This document shows, in pieces, positions 39,160 to 52,537 of a stretch of 64,000 bases of DNA. The stretch comes from Camelus ferus (lineage: Eukaryota). Position numbers and translations under genes: made by a program. The notes below the pieces were generated by a model that worked only from the letters and a program-made list of their open reading frames with translations, was not told where the DNA came from and made no database searches. Location of the stretch: the NCBI RefSeq assembly GCF_009834535.1, contig NC_045696.1, positions 19,470,001-19,534,000 of the forward strand. Reading direction: 5' to 3'. Position 1 is the stretch's first letter; every line of letters begins with the position of its first letter.

Positions 39160-40700
39160 TGTACATTCAATAATTCATCTAAATCTGCTATGAGTCAGGC
39201 AATTTTCTATGTTCTAGGATAAAAATTGAGACAGCAGTCACCTCTCTTACAGAGATTATATGCTAACTACATAAAAGTGACTATCACATATAAATTATTT
39301 ATTATAAGTACTATGGTCAAAAATTAAGCAGGCAAGGGAGATCATTTAGGTGGGGATAGGGAGCTGACTTGGCATGTTGTAATTTTAAATTACGCAGACA
39401 GAAATACCTTTGTTAAAAAAGTAATATTTGACCAAGGACTGAAAGGGTAAGAAAACGACTCACATGAAAGTATTAGAGAGAGAAAAGACTAAGTACAGAG
39501 ATGAAATGAGTGTTTGAAGAAGGGGGTGGCCTGTGGAGAGCAGCATGAGCAACGTGCAGCGACAGGAGACGGAGTCCAGGGAAGGGCAGTGGGGATGGAG
39601 TGATGGGAAACCTCGGGAAGCCTGACAGACCTTTATAATCACTATGGCTTCACCTCTGAACAAAACAGTAAGCCACTGAAATGCTTTCAACAGAAGAGAA
39701 TTATACTTTATTTATTTTTTAATAATAATAAGCCCTCTTGATTTTTTATTTAGATTCCACTCTAGAGATGGAGGCATAGACCAAAGCAGGAAAGCTAGTT
39801 GAGAAATTTTTGCAAAAATCTACATTAAAAGCAAAGCCAAACCAACCAAACAAAAACTAGAATATAGAACTTGATTTCCTGAGAACAATGAGGCCCTGGA
39901 AATACCTTGTTGGTAAAGTCAATACCTGTTAAAGGGTTGGGTTACGGGCAAAGCAAATAAGCAGACCAAGGATGACTGGTTGTCTCTTGACCTGAACACC
40001 TGGAAATAGACTGTTGCCATTTACTGAGATGAATAAGAATGCCAAAGGAAGGTATGTAGGGGTGAATATAGGAGATTAGCTTTTCCCTCTGGACATCTGG
40101 ACATCTGCATTGGCTATAGAACATCTAGGTGGAGAGGGAATTTAGCTTGATATAAAAGTATAGCATTCAGGGAAAATATCCAAGCTCAAGATACATTTTG
40201 GAGTTTCCAGAGTCTAGGTGGTATTTAAATCCAAAAAATTTAGAAGAATAACAAGGGTGTGAGTATAGATAAAATAAAAAGAAACCTCATAAACTAAAGC
40301 ACAGTGATTTTTAAAGTTCAGAGAGATGTGGAACAACTAGGAAAGAAGACCAAAAAGAGCCCAGTGGGGAAGAAGAAAATCCAGGAAAGCATGGTGACAT
40401 GACGGCTGTGATGGGGGCTGGGGAGATGATTCAAGGAGAAAAACAAAACACTCAGTTGTATAATATTCTGTTGCTGGATCAAGAAGTATGAGGATTGAGA
40501 ATTGACCACTGGGTTGAGCATGAAAAGGTCAACGGATACCATGATAATAGTAGGATCTACAGATCAGTGGAGATAAAAACCAGACTGGAAATGTTTGTGA
40601 CAGAATAAGATGAAAATAATTAGATGTAGCAAATACAGTCTGTTCCTTTGTGAAGTTTATTAACAGAAATGATGCAGTAGGGGAGAACTGTTGCAGTAGC
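39160..40700 (-). mobile_element. L2 element, long degraded fragment
   Basis: Starts cattcaataattcat (inverted L2 tail); purine-rich motifs agccactgaaatgctttcaacaga, gccatttactgagatg, aggattgagaattgaccactggg. Confidence 0.75.
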
Positions 40701-41179
40701 CAGAAGGATTTTTAAGGTCAAGACAATTTTTTGAAGATAAAGTTATGTTCCACTGCAGCAAAAAAGATAAAAGAAAAAGAAAAGAAGGAAAAAAGACATT
40801 TTTTAAAATATTGACACTAGACCAAAATAAAAGCAATCTATTTGTCTAATTATATGTGTGTATATATATATATTTTTTCTGGAACAGTGAACATTACTTT
40901 AGAATGAGTTAACATTTATATATATTAGGCTGTTCAGAGAAACACAGAAACCCCGTGCTATGTTGAAATCAGTCTCTAAAATGCTATGTTATTTCATGAT
41001 AAGTGGATCATAATGCTTTAAGACTAAAAACTCCAAACATCCCTTCTGTATACACAGTGAAACAGAGTGTAAATAAGATGAACATTTTTAAGGAGATTCA
41101 TGATTTGATTTCTCACTAACCTTCTATTTCTATCACTACCACTGAAGCCCTCCAGACTTCGATTCAATACTCATTTCTT

Positions 41180-41500
41180 TACAATCCATGCCTTTTCACA
41201 GCACTTGATTCTTTCTAGTTTTCTACTCTTCATTGGACCTGTTTGTACTCACTCTTTCAGAATCCGCTCAACAGTTAACCTCTCTGAAGGCTTCCCCAAG
41301 AATTATAATCAGAATTCTATTTTATGTTCCCCAGCATTTGATTCATATTTCTAATGCAACTCATATCTTTTATTCTCTAACTTATTTGTAAAAATCAAGT
41401 GCTATGTATTATTTATCTTCAGATTCTCAAGGTCTAAAACAGTGCCTGGCACCTACTAGAAACTCACTTTTATACATGGAGTGAATAAAACAAATGATTC
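41180..41500 (+). mobile_element. L2 3' end
   Basis: ttatttatcttcagattctcaaggtctaaaacagtgcctggcacctactagaaactca. Confidence 0.6.
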
Positions 41501-41699
41501 GCAATTGATGCAAGCATGGATCCCTAAAAATAATATCTAGTTATACCAGTTTACTTTTTTTCAGAAGAGTATGGGAATTAGGAGATTAAGAAGATGTCAT
41601 AAATAGTTTTTACAGACAAAGAAAAATGTGCCTTATAGTATAGGAAAAAAGAGAAAGGTGTAGATTTTCCAAACTAGATCATTAAACGTATTTTCAAGC

Positions 41700-42300
41700 A
41701 AACTAATTTTAAGCTGTTTTCAAGTTTTATGGAACAAGGGATAGAATGTGGTCCAGGTTCAAGTGCATGTAGAGTGACTATAATTCTGTATCTACAGAAT
41801 TCTGTTCAATTGATACAGCTTAACCTGTAGGCAGGTCTCTGTTCTCAAAAATGACTTGGATAGGCCTACCCATGACGTAGGTGAAAATACAGATAACTGC
41901 TTCATGATATTTGTGAATTAAATCAGTCTTGGAAAGAGAGCAAAAATATTGGATTTGACAGGGTCTCCATAGGTTAAAATGACAAGTTCAACTGGACAAG
42001 ATGAGATCTAACAGGGGTAAGTACAGAGTCCTGAACTGAGGTTTTAAAAAAAATCAACTGTGAAGCATAGTGCAGGAGACCTTACTTAATAGCAGTCTGT
42101 GTGAAAAGACGTAGGAAAAAATACTACATGGAAAAAAATGGCAAAATCAAATGAAATTTTTAATAAAAATGTGGTGTCCAAAACAAACAGGTCACTATCC
42201 CATCATTAGAGTTTACTGTGCTTCTGTCTGTGATGTCTGAAGCTATGTATTACGTCTAAAGAGACAACAACATACTTACTTGTACCTAAAGGAAACGTGA
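41700..42300 (+). mobile_element. CR1/L3 fragment
   Basis: caagatgagatctaacaggggtaagtacagagtcctgaactgagg...aatcaactg...agcagtctgtgtgaaaagac resembles the L3 3' region. Confidence 0.6.
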
Positions 42301-43956
42301 ACAATATGAACTATCATTTGGCTAGAACAGTAATTATGTAACATTTGTTAACTACACACACTGTGTGCTGGTGCTTGACTACATTTCCTCACTTAGTCCT
42401 CACAGCAGTCTTACAGGTACGTTTTGTAAAGGCTGCTGTGGCACCTTGGAAACCCTTTCAGGACTGAGGCAGGCTGTCCCCAGTTACTAGCAGACAGCTT
42501 ACAGCAGACTTCCACCCCTAAAACTGTCCCGGAGAAGGTGACTTGATTAGAAAAGTATGTCAATTAATGAAGAAAAGGCAAAATCATTGTATTAAGGTTT
42601 AACATGAAAAGTTTACAGTTAAAAGTTAAATATGGCAATGATGAAAGAAAATTACAAATAAAATCATTTGATGAAGTTTAAAAGTTAAAATGTTTCAAGA
42701 AAAACGTCTAAAAATACATGTATAAATACACAGAATGTCTTGTCAGATCATGATGTATTGGAAGAAGAAAACTTTAAGGAAGGGATGATAACTGTTAACT
42801 ATATAGTTGCAATTTCATTTACCTTTATTTGTTCTACATTTTAAAATTTGCTCCAACATAGGTATTTAAATCAAAAAACAAAGTATGCTTCCTACCTAGA
42901 AAGTAAGATTCTTACTAGCAGGTACATTCGAAGAAACATTTTTCATGATGTAATCTTTTTAAAAAAATCTGTCTCTATCTCTAATTTTATTTGTATTTGG
43001 CATTTTGATAAAAGGTATTTTTAAAAGTATTTAGTTCAGTTTTCTAAAGATGGGAAATAGACCAAGAGGACAGGACCAATTCTTGCCCATGAGTATGAAA
43101 TCACAGTTTAATAGAAAGACCTTGTTCAGGGTTTTTCAGATTTAATCAAAGCACAGTGAAATATCTTCTATTAAAAAAAATAATTCTAGAAAGGAACAGC
43201 TGTAGGTTCTTTGGTGTTACTTGTGAGAATGTGAAAATAAAAATGCTCTTTAAAGAAAAGGATTTGACCTATTAAGATCATGTGTAGTAAATGGTACCAT
43301 AAAAAGAAGATTCTGCCCTTGGGAGTGCTTTGATTGAGTCAATATTTGATCCCACTAATTATTTAAATCATTATCATAAAAATAGATACAATAATAACAA
43401 ACTGTGTTTTTATATATTACTTCATAGCTTGTGAACATAACTTTCCTCTATAAAATGGGTATAACATCTCATATACTTCACTGAGCTGCTAAGAGAATTA
43501 CGGAGATGAGTGCTCATGCTTCAGTTTAGCTAATCACTCCCCTCTTCTCACTGGAACTTTATTGCAGTAATGGCAAAAGAAGTGGGAAGTGGGAACCATG
43601 GAGGTGAAACATCCCCCTCATGAGTATGAGGGGCATCTCTATGCCTATTTCTATGCCCTATTATAATTTCACTGTGACCAACTTTATCTCCATTGTTAAG
43701 AACTATGCTGTCATCACACTTATTAAGAGATCAAAAGAGATGTCTGAATAAATTGTTATATTTTAGAATGAAAATTATACCTGCATATTTGAAAATGCTA
43801 GTTGCATATGAATAAATGATTATTTAACATGGAAAGTGTTGTTCTTAATATTTTTAAAGCCACTGACAGCATCATATATCAAACTATGTATGCAAACACC
43901 CAGAAGACATTGATGGTATTTATCAAAATGTCTCCTATGTTCACAAGATATGTTGC

Positions 43957-44120
43957 TTTTCTTTTCTTTTTTTTTTTTTTTTTAATTTTAAAGACCTCAC
44001 CTTGTTGGAGGGGAAAAGGTAATTAAGTTTAGTTATTTATTTTTAATGGATATACTGGAGATTGAACCCAGGACCTCGTGCATGCCAAGCAGCACTCTAC
44101 CACTGAGCTATACGCTCCCT
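43957..44120 (-). mobile_element. tRNA-Ala-derived SINE (vic-1-like) with extended 3' segment and long poly(A)
   Basis: Plus strand tggatatactggagattgaacccaggacctcgtgcatgccaagcagcactctaccactgagctatacgctccc; T-tract 43957-43983; possible TSD core ttgcttt on both sides. Confidence 0.85.
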
Positions 44121-44259
44121 GCTATTGCTTTACTAAAGTAGCTCTATCTTATACATATTTGGTTTTGGTCTTAGTTTCTTTCCTTTTTATTTTTGTTTCT
44201 TTAAAAAAAATTGTATTTATAGAAAATTTACAAGAAGAGTGCATGAAACTTTTCTTTTT

Positions 44260-45198
44260 AACCTGAACCATTTAGAGTAAGTTGACCTGATGCTAGATTT
44301 AGCATTTATTTACTACAGCATAACATTCTCCAACAGAAGATCTATGAAACAATTAAACTGCCATCTAATCCAAAGACCGCAACTAAATTTTATCCTTATC
44401 CAAATAATTCTCTTTATAACAAAAGGATGCATACATGGAATTTATTTGCTATGTGTCTTTACTGTCATTTAGTCTGGAAAGTTCCCTTAAACACTCCTGT
44501 TTTTCATGGCTTTGACACTTTGAAGGCTATTTTGTAGAAAGTACCTCAATTTGGATTTGTCTTCCATTTCCTCGTGCTAGATTCTGACTATGCATTTTTG
44601 GCAAAAAATATCACAGTAGTTATTCTATGTGCTTCTCATCGCCTCTTTCTGGAAGTGTGCAAGTTTGATTTTCTCACTGCTGTGATACTAACTTTGATCA
44701 CTTAATTGAAGTGGGATCTGCTAGTCCCAACAACTGGAAAGCTATTTTTTTTTTAATTTTGTAATTAATTAATAATTTGGGGGTAGGTACCTTAAGACAA
44801 TTTTGATTTAATTTTTCTTGTTTAATTTTCACACACCTGTTAGCAACCACTGATAGTCCCTAGCTGGATTAATTTACATTATGTTTGTTAAAGTTGGATA
44901 ATGAATGTTTTTAACATACCCCATCCTTTTTTTAAAATGTCCTTTCTTTATGGCACAACACATTATTCCAGGCTTATCTTGTACTTTCTTTGTCCCACTC
45001 CCAGAGTCAGCCATTTTTACAAAGAGCCCTGGTTACTCTCGTGAAGGATGGTATTTAAAAATCAAGATCCAGCTGTCAGGTGCGCTCTTTGTTATTAGGA
45101 TATTGCAGCTCTTACGTCCTCTGAGTGGGTAGAATTAGCTTAGAATTTTTTTTTAAATAAAATTCTTGACAAGAAGAAACTCCTTGTAGAAATGGCTG

Positions 45199-45240
<42 letters not shown>

Positions 45241-45400
45241 ACTACCTTTATTACACACATTTATTTCTTTTCTCTTTTCTCTATCCATCTACGTATATAA
45301 AACCAGAGTCCACACCAATACCCTCAATACCCATCATTAGCTTAGGCTCATTCTAATTTGCCCATTCCCTACCTGCATCTCATTTCTCCAAAGGCAAGAT
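44260..45400 (-). mobile_element. Old L1 (L1MC/L1ME-like) 3' UTR remnant
   Basis: tattttgtagaaagtacctcaatttggatttgtc...tgcatttttggcaaaaaatatcacag...actttgatcacttaattgaagtgg...cagccatttttacaaagagccctggtt. Confidence 0.65.
45200..45239. repeat. (CA)n microsatellite, about 20 units
   Basis: Read directly. Confidence 0.95.
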
Positions 45401-46662
45401 AACTATGCCTTATTATACCCTATGTTAGTGACGATAATCTTAACCACTTTTGAAGAAATGACTTAGCTATCACTGTCCCCGCTCCTTTATTTGGAACCCT
45501 CCTTACTCTGATCAGGTTCCAACACTCTTCTCTGGGTTGCTGATTCTGTTTTGGTACATGGACATCCTTTTCACCTGACATGGGCTCAAACACCTCACAC
45601 TGGGCCACATAAGTCTCCCTTTACTCCATCCACTCTGCTCAGCGTCTGACACTCCATGCCAGGCTGCTGTGCACCATCCCACCCAAATACAGATGTCGAC
45701 ATTGCTCAGATGTAGAACTTAATTATTCAAGAGAGAAAAAGAGGAAGAAAATAAGGAAGAAAGAGAAGGAGGAAGGAAAGATTTTTAAAACAAAAGAAAG
45801 TAAAAAAGCTTTTCCTTTTTTTTCACTTAATACATAGCACAATATTTCATGCTAAATTTTGACTGTTTTAATTTATTGCTCTTTGGAACCAAAGTGATCT
45901 GTTACAGTGTCAAATACCATATGTCAAATGGTTGACCTGTTTTACTAGGTCAAATAGTGAAATGAAATATTTAGTTACAGTATTAACATATATTTTGAAA
46001 TATTTAAATTTCTACATAATGTTTCTCATAATAGTTAATTTGAAATCACATTACACTTTCAGTGTTCAGATTCTTCAGGAATGACTGAATTTTATAAGCA
46101 TTAAATAAGGAGGTCTTATCAGAGGAATCACATTTATAAGTTTTGATGCATGCTTCCCACCTCAGACATTGTGCCTAATTCATTTTATATCTTCATAACA
46201 ATTTCAGTTGAATTTATCTTTTTCTGAAACAAAGTCTTATCCTGTATTTGTCACAATATTTTGGATTATATGGAGAATTGCAGCTTTTGAGAAATATTTC
46301 TGATAACGTAATAGCTCTTAACTTGAATGCACATTTTGTATTTTTTTATTATGGTTGGAAAGAGGGAAACCCACTAATTTCCAATCTTCACTAGAAAGTT
46401 ATGTACCAAATATATTTTTAATAAAAAATTACAGTAAGTAATATGAGATACAAAGATGTATAGACAGTATTTCCTATAAATTTAATAAGATTGTTTAAAT
46501 GTCATCAATGTAATGTTCTATTTTGCATATTTTTCTAGAATTACAGACCCTTAAAAACTATACAAATAAGTCTTGGTCATTTATCAAATTTTACCTTATA
46601 GGGAAACTGGGTAATTTGTAAGAAAATGCAATATATAATAGTGTATTGGTATTAATGTAATT

Positions 46663-46700
46663 ATAGATAGATAGACAGACAGACAGATAGATAGACAGAT
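46663..46700. repeat. (GATA/GACA)n microsatellite
   Basis: Read directly. Confidence 0.9.
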
Positions 46701-47352
46701 CCATCGATCATGTATCTAGTTACTTATAAAAGGTTCCTACTAATTACAAGGAAATTCGCCTAATTTCCTAAGGCTTGGGGTTCATATGAGTAGCAATTGC
46801 TTCTTATTATTACAGATGATACTTCAATTTATTATCAGTCAATTTGATATGACTTAGTACATTTCATTTTCCTAGAATTTAGTTGGCTTGTATAATGGTT
46901 TATTCATATGCCTAAATGCATGGAGTCTATTTCCCATGATTTTCACTGAGATTAGTTTCTTATGACTTCATGAAAGACAACACATACTGGTTTATTTCCT
47001 TCCTTCCTTCATCCCTTCCTGCTCCCTTTCCCTTCTACCTTAACTCCCTCTTATCTTAACCTTTTCCTTCTTACTTCCTTCCCTAAAACCCTTTCACACA
47101 GTCCCTCCCTCCCTTCTCTCCCAGAGTAGTAAAATAAAAGTTAAATTGGAGAATAGCCAGGTTTTCCAGTTACATAATGATGTGATTATTAGCTTTGTAA
47201 ATGTTTAAATTTTCCTTTTGATCTTTACAATTAATGACATTATTTTAATAATGTATAATGTATTTTAATAAGTATATACATAACAATATAAAATTACAGT
47301 TATATATTAGAACTCGACTTTGAAAATGTTTTAAAACATTTTCATGGAATCT

Positions 47353-47470
47353 ATTTATTCTATTAAAATAGATTTTTTATTTATTCTATTAAATAATTAT
47401 TATTCTATCAAATAGTAATTAGTCTATTAAATAAATATTACTCTATTAAAAAATTTATTCTATTAAAAAA
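47353..47470. repeat. AT-rich minisatellite, about 6 copies of a TTATTCTATTAAA core
   Basis: ttattctattaaa, ttattctattaaa, ttattctatcaaa, tagtctattaaa, ttactctattaaa, ttattctattaaa in succession. Confidence 0.8.
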
Positions 47471-48210
47471 TAACATAACAGTAACTGTCTATTTCTCTAC
47501 CTAGACTTAAAAGACAATAACTCATGTTTTTGCATCATCTGAGCTATATAAAGTATAAAACATATATACTTTCAGATTTATAATCAGTCCTGTAAAACAT
47601 AATGACAAATTCTATAATATATATGCTTATATATATATGTGTGTGTCTATATATATATATATATATACACACAAAAATAAATAAAAACATAGCAAATTTC
47701 CATTTAAAGTGAATTTTACTTTACATGATTATTATTTCTATATTGCTAAGCTTTAGGTAAAGAGCTAGAATGTTTTTATATACATAAAATAAAATATATC
47801 TCAGCAAAAGTTATATAACCAACATTTTTCCATTTGCCTTTGTACTTTCAAATTTAAAATTTTAAAATAGATTAATTTTACTTTCTCTAAATGTCTTTTA
47901 TTTATTTATTTTTTTGGACAGGATTCTTGCTTTACGTGACATGTAAGATGACTTCTTAGGACATATATTTCCTACCTCTTTCCTAGATATATCACAGATA
48001 AAGCTGAGGGAATTAGATAAAAGTTTAAAATGAATCTTGATTAGTGAATACAGTTTAAGTCCTCACTATATGTCAGATACAACTGTTCCAAATTTTTAAG
48101 CGCCAATTCTTTCTTTCTAATCATAACCTAGATCAGACTTATTAAAATGTAAAAGCTATTGCTTCCAGAAATATTTTATGAGATCACAGAAATTACTGTG
48201 CTATACTTAC

Positions 48211-48307
48211 CAGCCAAAGCAAGAATATATTCTTGAAATCTTGTTCCTATACGGTTAGTTGCTGTGCAATTATATCGTCCAAAGTCATTGTCAGATGTAG
48301 GTGCAAT
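48211..48307 (-). CDS. NCAM2: NCAM2 coding exon (probably exon 11), second half of Ig5, 97 nt, phase 0 to 1
   Basis: Not in the ORF track; manual translation gives [32 protein letters not shown] with the Ig DxGxYxC motif. Acceptor aattttag|ATT, donor CTG|gtaagt. Confidence 0.96.
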
Positions 48308-50802
48308 CTAAAATTATTATAATAAGAAAAGTTTAACAATTTTAAAACAACATCACGGAAGCTTTAAAATAGACTCCTTAATGCTTACTATCTTTACGCA
48401 TATTCAATTATTCATAACTTCTTGCTAAAAGTCTTTTTCTGTTTCAAGTGAGCATTACCTCCTTTACAGATGTAATCCATGGACCTATACTATCTATAGG
48501 ACTAAGTAAAATAGAGTTTATCTATCAATTTATTAAGTAGATAAATGTCATCATTTTGTTGTATCTACTAAATAGAAAATCACTAGATATTTATATATGA
48601 TTAGCACACAGTTTGAAAAATATATACTCTGCAATTGCTGCAGACTTGACTTTGAAAACAGGAATCCTGTACCAGAGACATTGATACCTATTTGTTTTCT
48701 GAGTTTCAGCCTAAAATTAGGCAGATTTAAAGTTCAAGAAAGACTCAAAATATGTCAGCTTTCTCTTCTTTTTATGATTGTATTGAATATAAAATATTAA
48801 CAAAGGATGAGGACACACTCAAGAGAAAAATATTTCCAGGAAGAGATTTTGTAAGAATCGCCCTGTGTAGCAATCCCTGTAGACAGGGACATTATCTTGA
48901 TACCTAATAACAGTATCTTGCCTCTACTTCTGTTCAATTCCTATCATTCTCTTTCAGTTTAGGGGGAAAATTGCTGACCTCAATCTTTATAGATTGGAAA
49001 TCCATAATTAAGTTAACCTTCCATGATTCTCTTGCTGAACTGTGGGACCAACCCTGTAATTCTAACGTACCAAAATTCTGAAGTATCAATTCAGAGAAGA
49101 GATTTGATGATAGTAATAGATATAATTTTCAATCCCAGTAACTATAATTAAGAGAGAATATGCTTACAACAAGAGTTGCTGTTAATTTCAACTCTATCCA
49201 AAAGGGGGAAGATGATTTTGTGATAATGGGAGGCTATTAACTAAACGTGCAATTTTGAGGTCCACTGACGATGATAATTCTGAAAGAGTACAAAAAAGCT
49301 GTGTCATTCATTCTCTAGTCAGTTGTCCATCAAGGAAGAGATCATACGTTTGAGGATTAGGAGCTTTAACAGCTCTTATATAAGTACTTCTAAGTGATTA
49401 AAATATTAATTTTCTTACATTCAGGTTTCAACATACAAAGCTATTTTAACTCTAAAATAATCTTACTAGTGAGAAAAGAATTTGACCAAAAAAACACGTT
49501 ATTATACAGATATATGAGAGAGCTATTTGTATGGTATACCACTAGGGAAGAATGTGCATTGAATCAATGCGATGCAAAGATGGAGAGCCATGTCAAAGAA
49601 TCCTGACTATTGCACAGCTCCTCAGGAGTAATAAACTAATTTAAATGTATCTGTCTTCAGTGGAACAATTTTTAAAAGTCTCAATTCAGTTTTGTTTTGC
49701 TTTACTGTTCCTGGCAGTTCACCTCTCAAGAACAAAAGTTTAATAATTCTCTCTGAAATAAATAATACCTTTATCATGCTGTATGATTAACAAATACAGA
49801 AAATACTCCTAGTAGCACAGACTATTAATAAAATACAGATCTCGACATAACCGGGCCAAATCACGTGCCCTGCAGAATATCTGGTGCGTTATAGAGAAGC
49901 TGTATGAAAGTAAAGTCCAGTAGTGGTTTTACATCCAATCCCAGCACAGTGAAATAATAGATAATTTTATCAAAATACATAATAATATACAACAGAGATA
50001 TATGTTGTTTGTTTTAAAAATACTTAAATGTTAAAATATGCAAATTATTGTTGATATTTATCCACAAAGTGCTAGGAACATCTACTTACGACACCACTTC
50101 TTCATATTTAAATATGCGGTTAATATAATTCATTTTACTTAAGATGCTGGACTTTGATAGAATATAATAGATTAACAGACACAGTTTCGAACACCAAAAT
50201 ATATGCTGAGAGTACAATGCTAATAAAGGAGTTCTTTAGTCTCTTTCCTAAATCTTCCAAAACTTGATTTCCTCTTTCTGTGTATTCCATGGTGAGAAAA
50301 CCAATTATTTAACAGCATCTTTACTTGGACCAAAAGGAATAATAATGCAGATGATCCAGAGCAGAATATTATTCCAATCAACCTGTTGGAAACTTCTGGC
50401 ATCAAATTTTGCTCATACATTGAAAAGTTATACTATTCCCTGAGGAGAGTGCTCAGGAAAAACAAAGGAACAGATTTGAATGAACCTCAGAAGTGCATTT
50501 ATTGGCATGGCAGGAACCCAAAAGATTCAAAAAATGTTTTGCTATGTTTTAAAATTCTTAAGTTAAAAATGAATACAAATATTTAATCAAAAAAGGGAAA
50601 ACTTCAAAAATTAATTCAAGACATCTATTATTGACCAATTTGTTATTAATATTAAACTTGATTTTTTTACAGTTTTTATATATTCTTAAAAATTAGCAAT
50701 TACATGACTATTATAATAAATAGTAAACAAAAATAATTACCAGGTACTATCCAGGCAACTGTAGATGCTAGTAATCAAAATTAGTCACAGTTATTATTGC
50801 TT

Positions 50803-50830
50803 TTGTTGTTGTTGTTGCTGTTGTTGTTAT
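50803..50830. repeat. (TTG)n microsatellite
   Basis: Read directly, one interruption. Confidence 0.85.
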
Positions 50831-51218
50831 TTTGTTTTGTTTTATCTTTAAATTGGGTTAGTTACATGTCTATATTATTTACTCTGGATTTGAATTTAAT
50901 TTTTGAAAATAGTATACACACCCACAAAAAACAGTGTAGCTCAAGGTCAGTGCTTTAACCACCAGATTACCTAGCTATGTATAAAAGTAACAACAATGGC
51001 AGTTTTCACTTTGGGGTGGGGAGGAATGCCGTTTAGGCAGAAGATTAAATGACATGAGAGCTTTATATGAGTAAGATATTCAAGTGTCAGTTCATAAAAT
51101 GTTACTTGACATTGATTATGGAGAATTATGAGCTATTCTAAAAACTGAAAAGTGGCAAGGTGAAGTAAAGCACGGATGACGGATTAGTCTGTCATTTCAA
51201 CATGAACTTACACCTGCC

Positions 51219-51587
51219 TGTTATGGACTGCATCGTGTCCTCCCACAGAATTCAACTATTGAAACCCTCATCTCTAATGTGACTGTATCTAGAGATAGAA
51301 TCTTTGGGAAGGTAATTAAGGCTAAATGCGGTCATCAGAGTGGGGCCTGACTTTCTTATTAGAAGAAAAGACACCAGAGCTCGCTCTGCAGGTACAGAGG
51401 AAAGGTCACAGAGTGCACAGTGAGAGGGCAGTATCTACAAACCAATGAGAGAAAATTCGCCAGAAACACTTCTGGCACCTTGAGATTGGACTTCTAGCCT
51501 CCAGAAATGTGTGAAAAAAAATGATTTCTCTTTTTAAGCCACCCAGTCGGTGGTCTTTTGTTATGGCAGTCCCCATGCTCAAATAAA
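51219..51587 (+). mobile_element. Solo MaLR LTR (MLT1A/MLT1A0-like)
   Basis: Starts TGTTATGGACTG; internal ggacttctagcctccagaa...tttaagccacccagtcggtggtcttttgttatggcag; TSD ctgcc/ctacc (4 of 5). Confidence 0.85.
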
Positions 51588-52537
51588 CTACCCCAAACTG
51601 AAGTCAAGTCTAACCTCGATTTTTCACTGTGGTTAAATACCTAAAGTTTAGATTAAATCTGCCCAAACGTCTCTCTAAAATTGATCTCCCTGTCAATTTG
51701 CCAATTGATAGTCCTTCTAATACAGATATTTAAAAAAGCAATTTAAATTGAAATAGATTTAGACAAAGTGGCTTAATTACCAAAGAGTCAGTCACCCAAA
51801 CATTTGGGGGAAATGATAGCTAAATCCTTTTATCAACCAAATATTTTCCTAAGTTTAATTACTGGGTAGAAGAGTCAATATGGCACCAATGAGAATATCT
51901 TTAAGTTAATGCAATATGGCTATCAAGTGTTATTCTAAAACATGTGTTTTTAAAATGCATGTATATGGAATTAGTAGAGAAAATGTAGCATCTTTTTAGC
52001 TAAATAAGACTGAAGAAAATTCCCAATTGTTCTGAAAGCATCATAAATTGGAAGGACTCCTGATCACTGTCAAGTAAATCTGGTTTATTTAGTAACGTGT
52101 AACTATGTAGCCAGTAGACAGCAGTTATATATGCCACTCTAAGGAGCAGGAAGGTGTAATCACAGAACGAATGGCTACTAGCAACACTGAAGTTGAACTT
52201 TTGGCCTTCAATAACTGACAAATTTTTCTTTCTCCCTATATTTTCCTCTGATATAATTGTTTATTTCTCAAAAATAAATTCATGAAAAATAATGACGTTT
52301 GCTATTTACCCATATTTCTATAAAAGTAAATAGTGAGACATTAATGGACTATGATCCAAATGTATAAAATTTCTCTTCAAATTTCTCTTCATGAAATACA
52401 CAATATGGTACACATACACTACAGGATAAAATATATGTTGTATACTACATTTATATATTAAGATACTGAAACGCATTCTAAAATAGTAGATAACTGCTAA
52501 AATAATAAAATTTGTTGATATATACATGAAGACTTAC

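Noticed and set aside
43614..43633. 8-bp hairpin cccctcat-gagt-atgagggg
   Set aside because: Too short to exceed chance expectation.
47353..47470. Repeat-and-spacer pattern reminiscent of a CRISPR array
   Set aside because: Short AT-only units with 3-15 nt low-complexity gaps in mammalian intron; a simple minisatellite.
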